Assembly (NCBI GenBank): GCA_965203295.1
Contig: CBDBCZ010000018.1
Coordinates: 2,656,001 to 2,720,000 of the forward strand
DNA: 64,000 bases
Direction: 5' to 3'
Source: Nitrospirales bacterium
GTDB lineage: Bacteria > Nitrospirota > Nitrospiria > Nitrospirales > UBA8639
Under the pieces are notes generated by a model that saw only the letters and a program-made list of their open reading frames with translations, made no database searches and was not told the origin of the DNA. Within the stretch, counting starts at the first letter, position 1, and each line of letters opens with the position of its first letter. The position numbers and the translations under genes are program-made. Shown here piece by piece: positions 58,601 through 64,000 of the stretch.

Positions 58601-60812
58601 TTTCGAAACAATGAGAATGTACTGATCTTTGGTACAAGGTAAGTACTAACCTTCAACTAATGGGAGTCAATGCTAAAAGGTTGTAGCTTCTTTCATTGAG
58701 CATCAGTAACTACATGTACATTTATGCCACATTTGTACGATCCTGGATACTGTAAACTTAAGCTGGTACATGTATCTCCTACACTGTAACACAGAAATAC
58801 CTGGTTTCTGCACTGCTGCAGCTATAGATCTACTCCATCTGATTTACTCATGTGTAGTTCATTTAATAATGTGCAAGTCATACAAAACATTGCAGACTTC
58901 CATACATACATATTAAATGTATGTACAAGTAGCCTAGTGCTAATTTCAGACATGGAGCAGCAATACTAATACAGAGCACATAGGCAGATAGGGCATGTTA
59001 TAGTGTTGATTTAGCTAATTAGCTGAAACCAAAAAACAAAAACTGTTTTAGTAGGAGCAAAAACTGATTTTTTTAAAACTAAAACCTCAAGGGCACTGGC
59101 CTCCGGGAATTTTTTTCACCAGAATCAACCTCATGAGTGGTTAGAATGTCATATATTGCACCGAGAGAAACTGAGAAACTTAGAGAAATCGCAACTGAAC
59201 AGGGTACGCTAATTAACTGCAATGTAGAGTGCACCAGGCTAACTTATAACTTCAGCAAGCGACAGTTGCAAAACCTATATGTCACTTGTTTTTTCCATAC
59301 AGTATTGCTGCTTGCAACAAAATGATGAAAATCTAGAGCACCCTGCACATGATTTACTATAATCAGCAGTGATAAATAGCAACTTTTCCATATCAATATA
59401 CTATCTATCCATGACGTACATGTACTACAAATCGTACCCGGCTGTTAGTACTTACTTTCAGAAGCAAAGTATACTTGCTGTCCTAGAGTATTGCGAATTC
59501 TGTATTTATTCTCAGTCTCGTAGCCTGAGATAACTGTAGCAAAAAAGGAATCAACAGTATTACCATATAGAGATGTTCAAGCACCTGTCAGAGCTTGTAC
59601 CTATAATACATGATACATTTACAATTTTTATTCGGTATACAATTTTGAGGTACTTTCAGTAGCTTTGTACCCATCCAGCACAAAAAAATACTTAAATAAT
59701 ACTGCTAGCATGGCTACGTGACAAGTGGGTGAAGTTCTATACATAGCTCAGGAGTAGCCTCGTTCCCAGGCAAGTGTCAAAAGCTGTGCAGAGGCCTGGG
59801 AACGAGGCTAGCTCAGGAGTACGCTACTACACGTAAAGAAGTGCCCTAGTTGTTGATCTGAACATATTGATTTAAAACAGATGAAGAGGACGTGGTAGGT
59901 GTCTGCATAGAGAGATCCACTACAGTAATCAGAAAGTGATGCTCCACTGTATATACCACAGGCAAGAGCCAATTTAATGCTTCTGACTTGTGCACTTTAT
60001 AGCTGAAAGGTTCTTCAGGGTTCAGGTGTGTTGCATTATTATTATTCCAAACCATAAGTATACTGCCATTCCCAGTCTCTACACCCCAGTTTTCCCACTC
60101 ATAGAAATATCGCGGAAAAAAAGGTGAGTGGAAACTGCGAACAAGGCTATTCACTTCAAAATGATATGTACACAACACGCATCCAACACACACATGTCAA
60201 ATGTACATTACATTCAAAGATGTATGGTGCAATAGTTGTAACACATACATGTACATGTATGTTGGCATTGATAGCCTTCTGTAGCTGGTAATCAGAGAAA
60301 TGACTATCTGTAGATTCTTCAAGCAGTAGTGCCGAAGTACTGACACTCACTTAGAGTGCAAATATATTGTACATCAAGAGTGCATGTGCAGTACAAACAG
60401 GATAAGATCCTCTTACCCAGAATGATTGATTATAGCTAAGTAAGTTCAGTTTTACAATCCACTGAAAAAGTTTTTAAATTGATCTTTACTGATCAATGAT
60501 GCCATTTGTCATCATGCATCACAACACCCTTTTTATACTAGCAGTATAAAACTACCGAGTGTAATAGGATATCAATACACGAATGCCAATTCAATATAAT
60601 TCAATGTAGTAGAAACTCACTTTCAAAAAGCTCAATTTGTTGATGCACAAGAATCTGATCAATTTGGACAAGGTACTCCAGTCCAGGAGGACATGCAGGA
60701 GGGATCTCCGCTGGGAGCGGCATCCAGGTAACTTCCTGTGGAGCTATGTTGCTAGCCAGCTGTGGAAACATCGCTGCAGCAGCTGTGAGAGGATTATATG
60801 GCACTGCACCAC
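43689..60812 (-). CDS. PLSCR: Phospholipid scramblase family protein, copy B (canonical motifs; 5' exons beyond window)
   Basis: Exons 60621-60812, 59456-59533 (GYETENKY), 58387-58466 (CQRQCCGP), 55301-55555, 54175-54277 ([13 protein letters not shown]), 44959-45017, 43689-43763 ([24 protein letters not shown]). All GT-AG and in frame. Confidence 0.93.
45923..46932. repeat. ~120-bp near-perfect inverted repeat pair
   Basis: 45923-46044 is the reverse complement of 46811-46932; contains ATGTAGGGATGGCAC. Confidence 0.85.
48340..48883. mobile_element. MITE, TA TSD
   Basis: TA|CCATATTGCTACAATATTTTGCGTG...CACGCAAAATATTGTAGCATTACGG|TA. Confidence 0.8.
48961..49583. mobile_element. TAG-ended TIR element
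   Basis: TAGTCTCGTTCCCGGAC...GTCTGGGAACGAGACTA; no clear TSD. Confidence 0.65.
50918..51027. repeat. 110-bp hairpin
   Basis: AGCTGAACTACTAATTGAATTGTTA...TAACAATTCAATTAGTAGTTCAGCT. Confidence 0.8.
52595..52743. repeat. 49-bp tandem repeat x3 (plus 96-bp x2 repeat at 52095-52271)
   Basis: GTTATTGTTGATTGGAA.GGAAAATCCAAACGCTCAG units start at 52595, 52644 and 52693. Confidence 0.85.
57232..57751 (-). mobile_element. Non-autonomous Helentron/DINE-1-like element, right-arm specific
   Basis: Empty site ATATTAATTCCTAC at ~26656 in the left arm shows precise insertion without TSD; 5' TTACCCCGC, (GTCY)n, 3' GCGGGGTA plus hairpin plus CTAG. Confidence 0.88.
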
Positions 60813-62904
60813 CTGCAAAATAGGAATGGATCTGTAATCAGTAGTAGTTATACACTCCTCTACTAGCCTCATACTCAGCCACCCCAGCTTCTTTTGCTTG
60901 CAGGAAGAAAAAGCAGAATGCCATGGGAACACATATTAGGTCAAATTATGTAAGTTTAATGAACATGGGCAGGGGTACCTGTAAGCAATCACCTAGCTAT
61001 ACCAGTGATAATTGCTGGGCACAGTGAGGCAAATAATTGCGACCTATAGGCATCAAATCACACATTTATGTATAATATTGTAGCATGGTGCGTGGGTGGC
61101 TCAAAGGCATCCACAGTGCAATATGTTCAATACCGCACTCGCTTGCACCGAGACGGCATATATTTCACCAGAAGCTTGACTGACTAGAGCTGGCTAGGTT
61201 TTGTAGACATTGACCGGAAGGTACCTAGCTGGATATTTCGAAGACAAGCTTCAAGAACGCATAAGTCTTCAGTTAGCTTGACCGACTAGAGCTGGCTAGG
61301 CTGTCCAGAGCACATTCACTGGAAGGTACCTAGCTGGATATTTCAAACGATAAGCATGACAAAAGACTTTTAACAACACAAAATCTTCTCTACTATAACA
61401 GACAGCACTCCTAGCAACTCTATTCAACATAAAAGCCAGTACAACAGTACAACGATATAGCTCTCGCTTAGCCGCAACGGCTGGCAGTATGACTCTCCAC
61501 AAACTACAGACAGAGGTGGAGTAACTTACCATGCTTTCCGATGCCAAGTGCTCTTATTGCTCACTAAAACGAGCCATTCCATGCTACAAACAAGTTAAAC
61601 CACAGCTCCAGGTGGGCTGTATGGGAAATCCATTCATGCAACGATTCAATTAGAGCCCTTGGAGCTGCGGTTCCTATACATACATATGCATACATATGTA
61701 CAATATAACAATTATACCAGTTACTGTATGCATGGTGGTTTATTATAAGTGAATACACTGAGTATAATAAGTTTAGCAAGTTTTATACAGTTGAGTGTAA
61801 TTGCCAGCTACAATATTAGAAACTAACATGGCAGTACAGAGAAAGCTTATATGAGCTTCAAAGTGTATTGATGATGTGCTAGGTTGTGATGCCTCCTCAA
61901 CTTGGCCTGTACTATGCGTGCATGCAGTTGGAACATCACTCCTCAGTAGGGACCGGCCAATTACACTGGCATAATTCAAGAGTAATAGGACGAGTCAAGC
62001 AACAGGCAATATGCTGGCATAATAATTTTTACATAAAATAAATACGTACTGCATGTGCATGCGCAGCTAAACGTGTTTATCATTCATTTATACGCGAAAT
62101 GCGCAAATCTGCCTGGAAACAGCTTTTGTTTATAAGACTTTGTACATGCCTAGACTTCACAGAATGCATGTTCTCGAGATTGATTCCCAGACACTGCACT
62201 TGTCTCCTTTATTCGTTAGTTTTTTTGATTTTTTACATGACGACTATAATCATCATTCGGGTATATAGCACATGTAGCTCATTCCGTGATATTGAAGCCT
62301 CTCTTATGTTTCAGTAATCAACACTTTAGTCTACTACTTGTACTAGCTGGTTACTGATTTCAGGGCTTAACATTGAGCATAATGGACCAAGCATAATAGC
62401 TATGTAGGTCATGTAAGCAGGCATGCAATATATAGGCCATATAATGATCAGGCTTAGCATAATAGCTGGTAAATATACAAGCAGAATGTGCTGCTCCCTA
62501 CTCTGAGTAGCCTGCTGGAACAAGACCACAAAAATATTAGTTTTCTGAACATGCCATGCTTAGCTATAGCTAGGCATGGCTACTTATGGTGTAGCGTTCC
62601 TGATGAGAATGCACACAACAGTAGTGTATTAATGACTTGCAATACAATGACTTGCACAAGGGTGTACGTACTATTATTCTCGCCACGCCCAGGCTGTGAC
62701 TACTTGCATAATTATTCGCCACTATTCTTGCGACAGGCTAAATCATAATAATATCCGCACTTATATACACCCACAGCTCTGCTCACCCAATGTACTTTGC
62801 ACTCACCCACAGTATTTTATACTTGGGTAGTGGTCAGGCCTAGTTAATACATAACGTATACTGTATATGTGTACACGTATGTATGTCATTGCATACGTAA
62901 TAGT

Positions 62905-63041
62905 TGTACCATGGGTTTCTAGGGTGTATGGGTTTTGTACTCTGAGGGCAGTTATATGTATTCCCGAGGGCGCAGCCCGAGGGAATACATATAACTGCAC
63001 GAAGAGTAAAAATCCCATACACCCTAGAAACCCATGGTACA
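62905..63041. repeat. 137-bp hairpin element, absent from left arm
   Basis: TGTACCATGGGTTTCTAGGGTGTATGGG...CCCATACACCCTAGAAACCCATGGTACA, centre CCC-GA-GGGC-GCA-GCCC-GA-GGG. Confidence 0.85.
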
Positions 63042-64000
63042 GGTGACTTGTACCATAATACAATTACAAACGCTGTTAGTTATGACAAGCGCTAATGGAG
63101 AAGCATTAGTTGCCTGGCAACCATATACCCTAGGGTATATTGACAGTTCAAACGAGCCGCTAGGGTGTATGGCTGATATACCCTGGGCGGTGCCTTTCAT
63201 GTACTGTAGAGGTGCATTATGGTACAAATGTATATATATCTGTCCTTCATGCTTTCCCAGACTCATGCAGGAGGCAAGCCATGTCTTCACAAAATGGCAT
63301 CTTGCTCGGGCAATTGTATGGATACCGTTTTCGAACACGTGGCATAGAAAAGGGTAGAAATCTGGACAAGTCTGTTACACCAGTAAGTACGCCTTACTAC
63401 AGCTCCTAGGGTAGCTAGTGACTCTGTGTAGCTGCTCAGTAAGAGATACAAAGCTAGTATAATTGATTGATAAAGAACACGCGCGGGATTCAGGTATGTA
63501 CCTCCATCAGCTGTCTCGTGGCAGATGTGGCTGATCCTTGGGAAAGTGTTGTAGACAAAGAGACCACTCACCTGGATGCCGATTGTCCTTTGTAGCTCCA
63601 GCAGTTCAGTTGTTGATCATGTTGTGCAGTTCTCATGACTGTTTGACTTGCGAAAACAGTCGTCTAGTGTGCATCCAGTCAGCAAAAGGCCTATAACGCA
63701 TATAATCCACGTGTCTGAGTAAACCGGTATATAGTCATACCTATACCTATGAAGTTAAGTGAGGCATAGTGTGCTTGCTTGTATATACCCTAGTTAATGA
63801 TTGATTTTTGCATTCTGTTCCTGGGTTTCTGATGGTTTGCTGGGCAGTAGAACCATTTGTGTATACAATGTTTCAGAGGCTGGAATCAAACAAACAAGTT
63901 ACGTGAATGAGCTCCAGCGTCTCCATGTGCAGAGGCATGCAGTACTACCCCACACACATACTGTACATGTAAGTAACCTGTTACTGCTAGTGAAAAACAA

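Larger units (their letters stand above)
42806..64000 (-). repeat. Right arm of large inverted segmental duplication (runs off window end)
   Basis: Near-identical reverse complement of 20612-39286, with arm-specific extra sequence at 45855-53740, 57232-57751, ~61150-61550 and ~62880-63258. Confidence 0.95.

Overview
Eukaryotic, intron-containing, transposon-rich animal DNA; the repeat landscape suggests a marine invertebrate such as a sponge (inference only). A large inverted duplication dominates the window: left arm ~20612-39286, right arm 42806->64000, spacer ~3.5 kb. It carries two convergent phospholipid scramblase (PLSCR-like) genes. The minus-strand copy is canonical. The plus-strand copy keeps an open frame but has lost the DADNFGIQ Ca2+-binding motif by an in-frame 30-bp deletion, has other in-frame deletions and many replacements in conserved motifs, and ends in a natural His7 tail. 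A 6.1-kb pogo/Fot-like DD35D transposon with very long TIRs sits in the left arm only; its transposase continues through nine symmetric phase-1 exons to a terminal PHD finger. Also present: GAIN/GPS exons of an adhesion GPCR (minus strand, left end, possibly degenerate), a bidirectional promoter, a decayed LINE, a CRE-type non-LTR fragment with TSD, Helentron/DINE-1-like elements, MITEs, a Penelope-type minimal hammerhead ribozyme, and hairpins whose mismatches are tandem GA/GA with GNA loops. Exon models were read by eye and need RNA-seq confirmation.
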